DNA of 64,000 nucleotides from an uncultured Acidobacteriota bacterium (GCA_963809485.1 CAWEJX010000005.1:32001-96000), one strand, 5' to 3'. Shown: positions 49,328-60,174, numbered from the stretch's first letter. Translations and numbers: made by a program. The notes: generated by a model from the sequence alone, not told the origin.

Positions 49328-49819
49328 GTGAGCTCGAATAACTTTAATTTACGTGAACAGGATTACCAAAGGATCGGGGCGATTCTGGGCAGGATGCACA
49401 GAGAGCTTCGGGCGGAACTGGTTCTGCTGATCAGCCGCAGCGGCCAGACCGTTGCCATGTCCGGATCTGCGGGAAGCATCGACTGCACGTCGCTGGCATC
49501 TCTGGCAGCGGCGAACCTCGCGGCAACCGATGGTCTGGCCAACATCGTCGGTGAGAGGGAATTTTCCGTCCTGCTTCACCAGGGACGCCAGCGCAGCCTA
49601 TTCATATCCGATCTGCTCAAAAAGTTCTCACTGGTACTGGTGTTTGATGCGACCGCATCGCTGGGTCTGGTGCGCTACAAGTGCAAGCGTACGGCAACAC
49701 TGCTCGAAGACGTGATCCGGAGCTTTCAGCAGAGAATGGAAAAAGCGGGGTCGATGCCGGATTATCCCGATTTCAGCGATGATGAGCTGGAGGAGCTGTT
49801 GGGGAGAATCGATCCTTAA
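49328..49819 (+). CDS. mglB: Roadblock/LC7 protein MglB
   Basis: SLASLAAANLAATDGLA..VGE.EFS.L.HQG, SLGLVR; lies upstream of mglA. Confidence 0.88.
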   Translation: MSSNNFNLREQDYQRIGAILGRMHRELRAELVLLISRSGQTVAMSGSAGSIDCTSLASLAAANLAATDGLANIVGEREFSVLLHQGRQRSLFISDLLKKFSLVLVFDATASLGLVRYKCKRTATLLEDVIRSFQQRMEKAGSMPDYPDFSDDELEELLGRIDP

Positions 49820-49845
49820 TCCTTTATTAAATCAAGGAATTAGCA

Positions 49846-50433
49846 GTGACGTTCATAAACTACGTAGCCCGGGAAATCAACTGCAAGATTGTCTATTACG
49901 GACCAGGACTGGGAGGCAAAACCACCAACCTTCAGTACGTCTACCAGATCACCAGTCCTGAAAACAAAGGCAAGCTAATCTCTCTGGCCACCGAAACAGA
50001 GCGAACCCTGTTCTTTGATTTTCTGCCCATAGACCTTGGCCAGATCCGTGGATTCCGCACGCGTTTCCATCTTTACACGGTCCCCGGGCAGGTCTTTTAC
50101 GACTCCAGCCGCAAACTCATCCTGAAGGGGGTGGACGGAGTGGTTTTCGTCGCCGACTCCCAGGAAGAGCGCCTCGATGCCAACCTGGAATCCCTTGCCA
50201 ATCTTGCCCAGAACCTCAAGGAGCAGGGATTCGACATAAGCAGCATCCCTTATGTGCTGCAGCTGAACAAGCGGGACCTGCCCAGCGCGATGCCGGTCGA
50301 GTCCCTCCAGCAGCAACTGCTGGTGAAGGGGGAGCCGGTCCTTGAAGCGGTTGCTCCGCGCGGCGTCGGCGTCCTGGATACGCTCAAGGCCGTGGCCCGC
50401 CAGGTGCTGGTGGAATTGCGCAAAAGCGCGTAA
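49846..50433 (+). CDS. mglA: Small GTPase MglA
   Basis: [44 protein letters not shown]. Confidence 0.95.
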   Translation: MTFINYVAREINCKIVYYGPGLGGKTTNLQYVYQITSPENKGKLISLATETERTLFFDFLPIDLGQIRGFRTRFHLYTVPGQVFYDSSRKLILKGVDGVVFVADSQEERLDANLESLANLAQNLKEQGFDISSIPYVLQLNKRDLPSAMPVESLQQQLLVKGEPVLEAVAPRGVGVLDTLKAVARQVLVELRKSA

Positions 50434-50437
50434 AGGA

Positions 50438-50480
50438 AACGCCGACCGACGCTGATAAAGCGCCGACGAACGCCGAAAAA
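50438..50480 (+). repeat. ACGCYGA phased array (family C) between convergent genes
   Basis: acgccgaccgacgctgataaagcgccgacgaacgccgaaaaa. Confidence 0.75.
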
Positions 50481-50485
50481 TCCTC

Positions 50486-51352
50486 TTAATCCGAAAAGAA
50501 AAATGTGCGCACGTGCTCGATGAAGAAGTCCGGTTGGTCGTGGTGCAGCCAGTGTCCCGCATTGGGCACCTCGATCATGCGGTAGCCGGGGATCGAATGT
50601 ATGCGCCCTTCCTTGCCGGGGTCCTGCGTCCAGCTGTCGAGCCCGCGCAATAGAAGCACCGGGCAGCGTATCTGGCTCCACGTCTGCTGGACGTCGTCCA
50701 TGTTAAGGCCGTAAACCGCAAGCGCCCGGACATAATTGTCAAATTTCCAGGTCAGGCTGCCGTCGGCGCTCCAGTTCGATCCGTTAAGCGTCAGGTGTCG
50801 CGCCGTCTCGGGCGACAGGTGCGGGTTGGCCTTGTACATGCGCTCGCAGGCGGCATCAAGGTTCGGATACTTGTGCGGAGCTTTCTTTTCGTATTGCCGC
50901 ATCACCTCGATCCATTCCCGCAGCCGCTCATAGGCCGGCCGGGTGCTCGGCACTCCCTGGGGCGGGGAGACCCCTTCGATCGCCACCAGTTTTTGCACGC
51001 GGTCCGGGTAGATCCCTGCATATTGCAGCACGATGGCGGCGCCCAGGGAATGCCCGATGAAGTAAACGGGGAACCGGCCGGCAATGTCGGCGAGCGCGGA
51101 GAGATCCAGCACATATTCCGCAAGGCCGTACAGGGAGCCGTAAGCCCAGCTGCTGTCGCCGTGGCCGCGCAGGTCGGGCGCCAGGATCCGGAAATCGTTC
51201 CGGAAAGCCTCCGCGATGCGGTCCCAGCTGCGCGCATGATCCATGCCGCCGTGGACCAGGATCAGGTTGGGCTTGCCGTTGTTCCCCCAGTCCCAGAAGT
51301 GCAGCTTCAGCCGGTGCGAGTAATAGAATTGCGAAATCGGTTCATGATCCAT
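50486..51352 (-). CDS. Alpha/beta hydrolase
   Basis: VHGG, DLRGHGDS, GHSLG, AGHWLHHDQP. Confidence 0.9.
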   Translation of the reverse strand: MDHEPISQFYYSHRLKLHFWDWGNNGKPNLILVHGGMDHARSWDRIAEAFRNDFRILAPDLRGHGDSSWAYGSLYGLAEYVLDLSALADIAGRFPVYFIGHSLGAAIVLQYAGIYPDRVQKLVAIEGVSPPQGVPSTRPAYERLREWIEVMRQYEKKAPHKYPNLDAACERMYKANPHLSPETARHLTLNGSNWSADGSLTWKFDNYVRALAVYGLNMDDVQQTWSQIRCPVLLLRGLDSWTQDPGKEGRIHSIPGYRMIEVPNAGHWLHHDQPDFFIEHVRTFFFSD

Positions 51353-51510
51353 ATGCGCGCCTCCTCCTCCTCTGTTATTTCGTGAGGACGGGTCTCCAGA
51401 GACTGTCTCAAAACTGCCGGCGAGGATCTCGTGACAGTCGTTTTGAGACAGTTTCTCCAGACCCGTCCTCACGAAATAAATGGGTCCGGAGGCCTGTTCT
51501 CACTTGACCC

Positions 51511-52494
51511 TCACGAAACCTTGGGAGTACCGTGCAATTCGTGTTCGGATCTATGTTCCTTTGGTTTTTGCGGCGGCTTCGGCGGGAAGACGAGCGAAAG
51601 AACCATGGAAGCCGCCAGAATAGCCGCGACAATTCCAAGCGAAACGGCAATAGGAATTTCATAATACCCGCTGATCAGCATCTTGACCCCAATGAACATC
51701 AGCACGATCCCGAGCCCGGTGCCCAGATAGGCAAAACGGCTGACAACCGACGCCAGGAGAAAATACAGGGAGCGGAGCCCGAGGATCGCACACACGTTCG
51801 AGGTATACACGATAAACGGGTCCCGCGTGACTCCGAAAATTGCGGGAATCGAGTCTGTGGCGAAGATAAGATCCGTTACCTCGACCGTGAAAACGACCAG
51901 GGCAAGCGGCGTCGCCATGATTTTCCCGTTTTGCCGAAGAAAAAACTTGCCCGAAGTGTAGTCCGACGTCATCGGAACCATGCGCTGAAACATCCGCACT
52001 GCGGGATTATGTCCGGGCTCCGCGTCGGTCTCCCCCTGCCGCAGGATCTTGAATCCTGTGTAAACGAGGAACGCTCCGAAAAGATAGATGATCCAGTGGA
52101 ACGCGCTGATCAGGGCCGCGCCTGCCAGTATGAAGGTTGCCCTCATGATCAGGGCTCCCAGAATGCCCCAGAAAAGGACGCGGTGGTGCAGCCTGGGCGG
52201 GACTTTGAAATAGGAAAATATCAGGATGAAAACAAAAACGTTGTCGATGCTCAGCGAATACTCGATCAGGTAACCGGCGAAAAACTCCAGCCCGCACTGT
52301 TTGCCATAGGTGCTGTATATCCACGCGCCGAAGGACAGCGAAAGGACAATCCAGACCGTGCTCCAGGAAAGAGCCTCCCTGAAGGTCACGGCATGTGCTT
52401 TCCGGTGAAACACGCCCAAATCAAGCGACAGAAGAAAAAGGACAACCGCAAGAAATCCGATCCAGAAAAGGGGGGTGCCGATAGTGTGCGTCAT
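51511..52494 (-). CDS. TerC/Alx family membrane protein
   Basis: E.SLSIDNVFVF, HRVLFWGILGA, DLIFATDSIPA, AILGLRSLYF. Confidence 0.92.
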   Translation of the reverse strand: MTHTIGTPLFWIGFLAVVLFLLSLDLGVFHRKAHAVTFREALSWSTVWIVLSLSFGAWIYSTYGKQCGLEFFAGYLIEYSLSIDNVFVFILIFSYFKVPPRLHHRVLFWGILGALIMRATFILAGAALISAFHWIIYLFGAFLVYTGFKILRQGETDAEPGHNPAVRMFQRMVPMTSDYTSGKFFLRQNGKIMATPLALVVFTVEVTDLIFATDSIPAIFGVTRDPFIVYTSNVCAILGLRSLYFLLASVVSRFAYLGTGLGIVLMFIGVKMLISGYYEIPIAVSLGIVAAILAASMVLSLVFPPKPPQKPKEHRSEHELHGTPKVS

Positions 52495-52573
52495 TGTATG
52501 TCCCGCTGTCCTCGATCCAGCACCATGAAACCTACTCTATCACGGGAGTAGCGCAAGGCGCCGGTTTTATGCT

Positions 52574-53548
52574 TCAACCTTTTTCCGAACAGCGCCGCAG
52601 CCTGTCCATGATTGCGACGCCCAGGCCCGTTTCCTCGATGGGACGGGCGATGATGCGGTCGAGCCCAAGGCTGTCCAGGCGGCGCAGCGCCCGGAAAAGG
52701 TTGGCTGCTGCCTCGCGCAGGTCTCCAGAAGTCGAGAGCACCTCCACCGCGGCAAACCTGTCGGGGTCTTCCGGCTGTAGAAGGCTGAGCAACCCGGCTC
52801 TTTCGCCTGCCCTGAGCTCGCCGGGCCTTTCGCCCGAAATTTCCAGCCTTGTCCGGGTCGCGTAATGCCGCTTCAGCATCCCCGGCGCCGAAGGACGCCC
52901 GGACGGGTCCGCCGGAATTTCCAGCCTGCCAACCAGCGGCACAAGTTCCTCGATGGCGACGCCGCCGGCGCGCAGCAGGCACGGCGCGGCGCCGACGAGC
53001 GACACTATGGTGGACTCCACGCCGATCGGGCATGGGCCGCCGTCCAGAATCAGGTCGATTTTATCCGCCAACTGCTCCGCAACGTGCCCGGCTTCGGTAG
53101 GGCTGACGTACCCGAACGGATTCGCGCTGGGCGCAGCTATGCCGCATCCAGCCGCCCGTATTAGCGCAAGGGCCGCAGGATGAGACGGTATGCGTATGGC
53201 CACGGTTTCCAGACCCGCGGTGACGATGGGAGGGACTGAATCCTTTTTCGGGACCACCAGCGTCAGAGGGCCGGGCCAGAATTTCGCCATGAGCCCTCGG
53301 GCCGATTCCGGCAAATCGCCGTAGCGTTCGGCCGAAGCCGTATCGGCGACATGCACGATCAGCGGATCGATGCGGGGACGGGCTTTCACCTCAAAAATCC
53401 TGGCCACCGCCATTGGATTGCCGGCGTCGCACCCGAGGCCGTAAACGGTCTCGGTCGGGAAAGCGACCAGTCCACCGGCGCGCAGTATCTCCGCCCCCCT
53501 CTTGATGGCTTTAGGATCGTTGGCATCCGCAATTTCCGCAGTCTTCAC
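52574..53548 (-). CDS. sua5: L-threonylcarbamoyladenylate synthase (Sua5/TsaC)
   Basis: VAFPTETVYGLG, FWPGPLT, AAPSAN, GVESTIV, APGML.RHY. Confidence 0.93.
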   Translation of the reverse strand: MKTAEIADANDPKAIKRGAEILRAGGLVAFPTETVYGLGCDAGNPMAVARIFEVKARPRIDPLIVHVADTASAERYGDLPESARGLMAKFWPGPLTLVVPKKDSVPPIVTAGLETVAIRIPSHPAALALIRAAGCGIAAPSANPFGYVSPTEAGHVAEQLADKIDLILDGGPCPIGVESTIVSLVGAAPCLLRAGGVAIEELVPLVGRLEIPADPSGRPSAPGMLKRHYATRTRLEISGERPGELRAGERAGLLSLLQPEDPDRFAAVEVLSTSGDLREAAANLFRALRRLDSLGLDRIIARPIEETGLGVAIMDRLRRCSEKG

Positions 53549-53631
53549 AATTCCTCTCGCAACAGGAGGGAAAATATTCCAACACGAGAGACGCAAAAGC
53601 AACCCCCAACTTTCGCGTAGCTTACGGCAGC

Positions 53632-53660
53632 TTGACAGGGTATCATGCAGCCGATATAGT
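53632..53660 (+). promoter_or_regulatory. Near-consensus sigma-70 promoter of the NusG paralog
   Basis: TTGACA-N17-TATAGT, 24 bp upstream of the ATG. Confidence 0.75.
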
Positions 53661-53684
53661 CAGGGCCGGACACGGCTTTCTGCT

Positions 53685-54203
53685 ATGCAAGAATCCGATC
53701 GATTGATTATTCCGGCCTGGTACGCCCTCTATACCCGCAGCCGTTTCGAAAAGAAAATGCTGGGCGAATTGACCGACCGGAGCATTGAAGTTTTCCTGCC
53801 CATGCGCGAGATCCTCAGCCGCTGGAAGGACCGCAAAAAAAGAATATGGATCCCAATGTTTCCCGGCTACATCTTCGTCCACCATGTGGATACGCCGGAA
53901 AGCCGTTACAGGGTCCTGAACATACCCGGTGCGGTGCGGTTTGTCGGTCGTGAAGGCCACGCCGAGGCGATCCCGGAAGAACAGATCCTCGGCGTCCGCA
54001 GATTCCTCGAAGCCAGCGTCGCCGTTGACCCGTATCCTTATGTGCGTGTTGGAAGCCGCGTCGAGGTGATTGCCGGGCCGCTGAAAGGCATCCAGGGCAT
54101 ACTCGTCGAAAAACGGGGCAAGTTCCGGTTTGTCATTAAGGTCGATCTGATCCGCCAGGCCGTTTCCGTGGAAATCGATGCTTCCGACGTCCGACCTATC
54201 TGA
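53685..54203 (+). CDS. NusG-paralog transcription antiterminator (UpxY/LoaP-like)
   Basis: WYALYTRSRFEKK, W.DRKK...PMFPGYIFV, KOW V.VIAGPLKGIQG. Confidence 0.9.
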   Translation: MQESDRLIIPAWYALYTRSRFEKKMLGELTDRSIEVFLPMREILSRWKDRKKRIWIPMFPGYIFVHHVDTPESRYRVLNIPGAVRFVGREGHAEAIPEEQILGVRRFLEASVAVDPYPYVRVGSRVEVIAGPLKGIQGILVEKRGKFRFVIKVDLIRQAVSVEIDASDVRPI

Positions 54204-54233
54204 AGCCTTTATCGCGAAGCCGCGCAATAATTA

Positions 54234-54449
54234 CATTGGTAAACCCGCGGCTCTGCCGGGGTACTCAAAGAGTTTGACAGCTCCGTATTTTGAAACGCTG
54301 ACATACGCTGAAAAAAATATATAAATTTTTGTCGGCGTAGGTCGGCGTCCGTTCAGCGTGCGTCGGCGTTCAAGACCGGCGTAACTAGTCCAACCGCTTT
54401 GAGCGGTTTAAATCTTTCAAGCCTCCGGCTTTTCTGGAGGTACCTGGCT
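54234..54449 (+). mobile_element. Family A element with a family C hairpin as its interior
   Basis: Both family A ends present; interior resembles the reverse complement of 31319-31395. Confidence 0.78.
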
Positions 54450-54450
54450 C

Positions 54451-56976
54451 GTGATGAAAGAACGTACGCTGGCCCATATTGTCGGGAACTATTACCGCCG
54501 GGGACCGGAGACGGCTTTCGTTTGCCGCCGCGGCTACCGGAGGCTGCACTGGTCCTACCGCCAGGCGGCCGAGTGCGCATACGGCCTGGCGCGCGAACTC
54601 GAGGCTCGCGGCATCGGGCGCGGGGACAGGGTTTTCCTCTGGGGCGGCGACTGCCCGGAATGGGTCGCGGGCTTCTGGGCAATCATCCTGCGCGGCGCCG
54701 TAGCCCTACCCATGGATCAGGGCGCGTCCGTGGATTTTGCGCGGCGCGTTTCCGCCCAGGCCGGAACGCGGCTGTGCCTGTGTTCGCGCCGGCAGCCGCC
54801 GGTCGATCTCTCGCTGCCTGCGCTGGCTTTTGAAGATTTTCCGCAAATACTCGCGCGCCACTCCCGCGAGCCTGTTGCTCTGCCCGCTATCGATGATCAG
54901 GACGCTGCCGAAATGGTGTTTACATCGGGTACAACGGCCGACCCGAAAGGAGTCCTGATCTCCCACCGGAATATTCTCGCCAACCTCGAGCCGCTGGAAA
55001 AGGAAATCGGCAAATACCTGAAGTATGAGCGCATCGTTCACCCGTTGCGGTTTTTAAACCTGCTGCCGCTCAGCCATGTCTTCGGACAGTTCCTTGGGCT
55101 CTTCATCCCGCAGATCATGGGAAGCACCGTGGTATTTCACGATACGCTCAATCCGTCGGAAATCCTACGCACGATAAAGCGGGAAAAGATCTCCGTACTC
55201 GTGACGGTGCCGAGAATCATGCAAACCCTGCGGGACAAAATTGAGCGCGATATGGAATCGGGGGGCCGGCTGAAAGTGTTCCGGAAAAATTTCGACAAAG
55301 CCGCGGGGGAGCATTTCCTGCGGCGCTGGTGGCGCTTCCGTGCTATTCATGGCAGGTTCGGGTGGAAATACTGGGCGTTCATATCGGGCGGCGCGAGCCT
55401 CGATCCTGAAACCGAGCAGTTCTGGGGGCGCCTGGGATACGCCGTCATCCAGGGATACGGCCTCACCGAAACGACCTCCATGATCAGCATCAATCATCCG
55501 CTGAGGCTTGGGCATGGTTCGGTAGGCAAAATATTGCCGGGCCGTGAAGTACGCCTGGCGCCGGACGGAGAGATCCTGGTCCGGGGCGAGAGCATCGCAA
55601 AAAGCTATTACCAGGCGGGGGAGACAAAACCCGTCTCGGGTGAGGAGGGATGGTTTCACACCGGCGACCTGGGTTCTCTCGATGAACACGGCAACCTGTA
55701 TTTCAAAGGGCGAAGGAAGAACGTGATCGTGAGTTCGGAGGGAATGAATATTTATCCCGAAGATCTCGAAGCGGCGCTGAGGCGGCAGCCCGAAGTCCGG
55801 GATTGCGTCGTGCTGGGAATCGGAAGCGTGAATCCCGAAGCCTGCGCGGTCCTGGTCCTGCATGGCAGCGAATCCGATCCGGCTGCGGTGATCGGGCGCG
55901 CCAATGAAACGCTCGCTGATTTCCAGCGCATACGCCACTGGCTGGTCTGGCCGGAGAGGGATTTTCCCCGGACGCCCACTCAAAAGCCGCAGGCAGCGGC
56001 GATTCAGGACTATGTCGATGCGCATTTCAGAAAGGCCGCGAGCAGGCCAGGCGGTCAGGGCACGCTGGCGGACATGATTGCCCGCATCACGGGCCGAAGT
56101 ACTGCAGATATTTCGCCCCGGACCAGCCTGGCCCGGGATCTCGGCCTGACTTCGATCGAGCAGGTGGAATTGATCGGCGCGCTTGAAGACAGGTTTCAGC
56201 TGGATCTCGATGAGTCCCGGTTCACTTCGGCAAGCACGCTCGGGGAGATTGAGGAAATGCTGAACCGGCCGGCGCAGCGGGGCGCCGAATTCCGATATCC
56301 GCGCTGGACCCAGCGCGCGCCGGTCGCGGCGCTCAGGATACTGGTGTATTACCTCCTATGCGGGCCCGCAACCTGGATCCTCGCGCGTCCCCGTGTGTGC
56401 GGCCGTGAAAGCCTGCGGGATCTGGCAGGCCCGGTGTTGTTCGTCTGTAATCACGTCACCCGGGTCGATATCGGATTTGTCCTGGCGGCAGTCCCTGCGC
56501 GCTTCCGTCACCGCCTGGCCGTGGCCATGATGGGCGAGATGCTGCGCGATATGCGGGATCCGCCGCCGGGGATGGGCTTCTTCCGGCGATGGATCGAGAA
56601 GATATCGTACGGACTGGTGGTGGCGCTCTTCAATGTTTTCCCGCTGCCGCAGAAGGCGGGCTTCCGCCGGAGCTTCGCGTTTGCGGGTGAATCCGCCGAC
56701 CGCGGCTATTCGATATTGGTTTTCCCGGAAGGGACGCGGACAAAGGACGGAGCGATGGGACCATTCCGCACGGGCATCGGTTTACTCGCGGCCGATCTGG
56801 ATCTGCCCGTTGTCCCTCTGCGAATTGACGGATTATTCGAGCTCAAGCAAGCGCGGAAAAAATTCGCCCGTCCCGGCGCCGTTACCGTAACCATCGGCCC
56901 GGCCGTCCGATATGACCGGGGGACGAACGCCATGAAAATCACCTCCGACTTGCGAAACCGGGTCATGACCCTTTAG
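54451..56976 (+). CDS. Acyl-CoA/ACP synthetase - carrier domain - PlsC acyltransferase fusion
   Basis: FTSGTTADPKGV, QGYGLTET, WFHTGDLG, DLGLTSIE (Ppant Ser), CNHVTRVD, FPEGTRT. Confidence 0.88.
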   Translation: MMKERTLAHIVGNYYRRGPETAFVCRRGYRRLHWSYRQAAECAYGLARELEARGIGRGDRVFLWGGDCPEWVAGFWAIILRGAVALPMDQGASVDFARRVSAQAGTRLCLCSRRQPPVDLSLPALAFEDFPQILARHSREPVALPAIDDQDAAEMVFTSGTTADPKGVLISHRNILANLEPLEKEIGKYLKYERIVHPLRFLNLLPLSHVFGQFLGLFIPQIMGSTVVFHDTLNPSEILRTIKREKISVLVTVPRIMQTLRDKIERDMESGGRLKVFRKNFDKAAGEHFLRRWWRFRAIHGRFGWKYWAFISGGASLDPETEQFWGRLGYAVIQGYGLTETTSMISINHPLRLGHGSVGKILPGREVRLAPDGEILVRGESIAKSYYQAGETKPVSGEEGWFHTGDLGSLDEHGNLYFKGRRKNVIVSSEGMNIYPEDLEAALRRQPEVRDCVVLGIGSVNPEACAVLVLHGSESDPAAVIGRANETLADFQRIRHWLVWPERDFPRTPTQKPQAAAIQDYVDAHFRKAASRPGGQGTLADMIARITGRSTADISPRTSLARDLGLTSIEQVELIGALEDRFQLDLDESRFTSASTLGEIEEMLNRPAQRGAEFRYPRWTQRAPVAALRILVYYLLCGPATWILARPRVCGRESLRDLAGPVLFVCNHVTRVDIGFVLAAVPARFRHRLAVAMMGEMLRDMRDPPPGMGFFRRWIEKISYGLVVALFNVFPLPQKAGFRRSFAFAGESADRGYSILVFPEGTRTKDGAMGPFRTGIGLLAADLDLPVVPLRIDGLFELKQARKKFARPGAVTVTIGPAVRYDRGTNAMKITSDLRNRVMTL

Positions 56977-57011
56977 GAAAAGCCAAATGGTAGCCCCGTC
57001 CATAAATTTTA

Positions 57012-57100
57012 TCGCTGACGCACGCCGATAAACGCTGACGCACGCTGAAAAATCAAAAATAAATACCATTTTCCTACTAACCACTAATCACTAACCACTG
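57012..57100. repeat. Family C array plus CACTAAY heptamer run between convergent genes
   Basis: cgctgacgcacgccgataaacgctgacgcacgctgaaaaa; ctactaaccactaatcactaaccact. Confidence 0.7.
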
Positions 57101-59625
57101 CCTCCGGCCACTGATGTTTCGGGTAACGGCGCTGAAGCTCGCGGCGGATGGCGGGGTAGTGCCGCTGCCAGAACCCGGCCAGGTCCTGGGTTACCTGCAC
57201 CGCGCGCCCGTTGGGAGCAAGCAGGTGCAGGGTGAGGAGTACGCGGCCGCCGCAGATTGCGGGAGGCTCGCGCATGCCGAAAAAATCCTGCAGGCGGGAT
57301 TCAACCCAGGGGGGCTTGCCGGTTTGGTAGTGAATTTTTGCGGAGCGACCGTGTTTCAGCCGGATTCGCTCCGGAGTCTCCCGCTCGAGAATCTCGCGCT
57401 GCCGTGCCGTCAGTCTTGCTGCCAGTGCAGCGACCAGCGACGGGCGCTCGATCTCCTTCAGGCTGCGTTTTCCGGCACACAAAATCTCCACGGCGCGGCG
57501 AATTTCTTCGTCGTTAATTTCGGGATACTTTTCTCCCGGATAGCACGAAGCCGCAAGGGAAACTCTTGCCTGAAACGTCGGGAGAGCGGAAAGGTCGGAA
57601 AACGGCGCAAGCCGTCGCGCAAGGGCCTCGGCTGCCAGAATGCGCGAAGCCTCCTCCGAAGGCTCAGCGGTTTTTATAATTTCCTCGAGCGTAATCTGGT
57701 GAAAATACGTCTGCCGCAGTTCTTCGACTCTCCCGGCGCGTTCGTTCCATTTGAGTTCGGTCTTCTCGCTGATGGCTTCCGGAAACAGTCCGGCGAGCCA
57801 CTCGATCTCGACGGCCGACGCAAGACGGACGAAGGCGCCCTGCGCTTGAAGTGGACTGTTGACCTTACGTTCTTCGGCATCGATGGCGACCAGGAAGCCG
57901 GGTTCGCGCACGATGCTGGCCGGCGAAAGCGTGGCGCATCCTCCGGCGGCGAGCAGGAGTTCCCTTGAACCACTTTTGCGGCGCTTCGCGACCCGGTCCG
58001 GGAAAGCCGACAGGATGGAAATCAGAAGCGCCTCTTCATTCTGCTTCGTGCCGGCAACGGGCCCGGAAGGGCCACGTGAGGACAGGATGCGGCGGAACTG
58101 CTGGTGCGCTTTCTTTACTGCAGCGATTGCGGGCGGATCCAGTCCCAGGGCCAGAACGCGTGCGCGGTCAAAATGCGCCTCCTCGGCTTCGCGATAGCAC
58201 TCCATGAGCTCGACGAGGTCGGATGTCCCGGATATTTCCGCGCGCGCCTTCGGTCTGGCTGCGCCGAGTTGAGTGCGTAAATCGAGCCGTATGTCCCGTT
58301 CCGAAATAAGCGCGGCGAGCAGCGAACTCTCGCCGGCGATGCCCAGTTTCCGTCCCTCCAGCATCAGGCGGGCCAGCCTGGGATGGGCGGGCAGCATCAG
58401 CATTTCCTTGCCGGTACCCGTAATATGGCCGCCAGTGGTTATTGCACCCAGCTGAACCAGCAACATCTCCGCCGCATCGACGGCCGCTTCCGGAGGCGGC
58501 TCGAACCAGGGGAAAGATTTTGCGTCGCATATGCCGGCGCCGTGGAGCATCAGCAACGTTTCGGCCAGGTCCGCGCGTTTGATTTCCGGGATTTCGTGTT
58601 CGGGGCGCGACTGGAAGTCCGGCCGGGTGTAGAGCCGCAGAACCTGTCCTGTCCGTGTGCGCCCGGCCCGCCCCGCTCGCTGTGCAGCGGAGGACTTGCT
58701 GATCCTCGCGGTTGAGAGTGTCGGGAAGCCGCTCCATGCCGAATGGCCGGCGAGGCGGGCAAGTCCGGAGTCCACAACCGCGGCAATTCCCGGGATGGTG
58801 ATGGAAGTCTCGGCAACGTTGGTGGCGAGAATGACCTTGAGGCGCCCGGCGGGCTCGAGGGCCTTTTTCTGTTCGGTGGAGGGGAGATCCCCATGGAGAG
58901 GAAACAGCAGGAAATCAAGGCGCTGGGCCGGAGGCGCCAGCAATTCTGCTGTGCGGCGGATTTCGGCGGAGCCGGGAAGAAAAACCAGGATATCGCCGTC
59001 GATCCCGGACCGCACCAGTTTTGAAACCGCGGCGGCGGCCTTTTCATGCACCGAACGGCTGTCGGGCCGTTCCTCGTACCCGATATCCAGGTCAAAAGGG
59101 GATCCGGCAATTGACAGAAAACGCGCGCCGGGAAGAAAGGAAACGACGGGCTCGGTGTCAAGCGTCGCCGACATCACGACGATTTTCAGCCTGCGGTTTT
59201 TTATCTGCTTTAAAAATGCGAGGGCGAGGTCGGTCGCGAGGTTTCGCTCGTGAAATTCGTCGAGAATTACCGTGGATACGCCGTCCAGGCCCGGGTCCTG
59301 AACGATCCTTCGCGAAAGGATGGCTTCGGTCAGGAAGCGTATGCGGGTTTTGGGGCCGGCCACATTTTCGTAGCGGATCGAGTAGCCGACCGTTTCTCCG
59401 GGCCGCTCTCCCAGTTCTTCCGCGACACGGGAGGCGGCCAGGCGCGCCGCCAGCCTGCGCGGCTCGAGCACGAGTATCTCGCCCCGCGCGGCGAATCCGG
59501 CGTCGAAGAGAGCGCGGGGAATGCGCGTCGTCTTACCCGCCCCCGGGCGGCGCCGTGAGCACCAGCGCATCCGTCCGGCGCAGCCCCTCGACGATTTCCG
59601 GCAGGTACGGATCAATCGGCAGCAT
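57084..59625 (-). CDS. hrpB: ATP-dependent helicase HrpB; one extra G in a G5 run at about 59540-59544 shifts the N-terminal frame
   Basis: MLPIDPYLPEI..LVLTAPPG in one frame, then AGKTTRIP, EPRRLAAR, DEFHER, MSAT, QRAGRAGR, RRYPKH.WP. Confidence 0.9.
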
Positions 59626-59727
59626 ACAGAGCAATAGGAATAGTATCGCGGAAAAAAATCAACCACGAAATACACAAAGGACACGAAAGAAATTCTCGGA
59701 TACATCCTGCGTAGATGGGAATAAAAA

Positions 59728-60027
59728 TGGGGTCGGACCACGATAAATCTTTCCGGCAATTTATGATAGCTCAATTTTCCGCATGGAAAACAGGCCTTAG
59801 GCGCAATTTCATGCCCGAAAATTTGAATGCAGGCTCAATGCGCTCTTCCTCCGCGTCGGAGCCGGATTCTTACACTCGAAAAATGGCCTCATAATCTTAA
59901 AGCGGACCAGATTTGGATAAGAGAAATTGCATCTATCCCTCGTGCATTCAGTGGTTTATTGTGGTCCGACCCCAAAAATGACTAAGTCAGCATTCAGTGG
60001 TTTATTGTGGTCCGACCCCAAAAATGA
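59728..60027. repeat. IR-bounded ~250-bp element with a tandem duplication of its right end
   Basis: tggggtcggaccacgataaa (59728-47) vs tttattgtggtccgacccca (59955-74); 38-bp direct repeat at 59944 and 59990. Confidence 0.7.
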
Positions 60028-60051
60028 AATGAAAAATGACCCAAAAATGAC

Positions 60052-60174
60052 ATCGGAAGCGCCTCATCGGCTTTTGCCCGCGTAAGTCAGCGTTCAAGAC
60101 CGGCGTAACTCCTCCAACCGCTTTGAGCGTTTCAAGTCTTTCAAGCCTCCGGCTTTTGCCGAAGGTACCTGACT
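60052..60174 (+). mobile_element. Family A element, right part only
   Basis: Right arm of the outer IR and right-end hairpins, abutting the GH3 stop codon. Confidence 0.75.
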
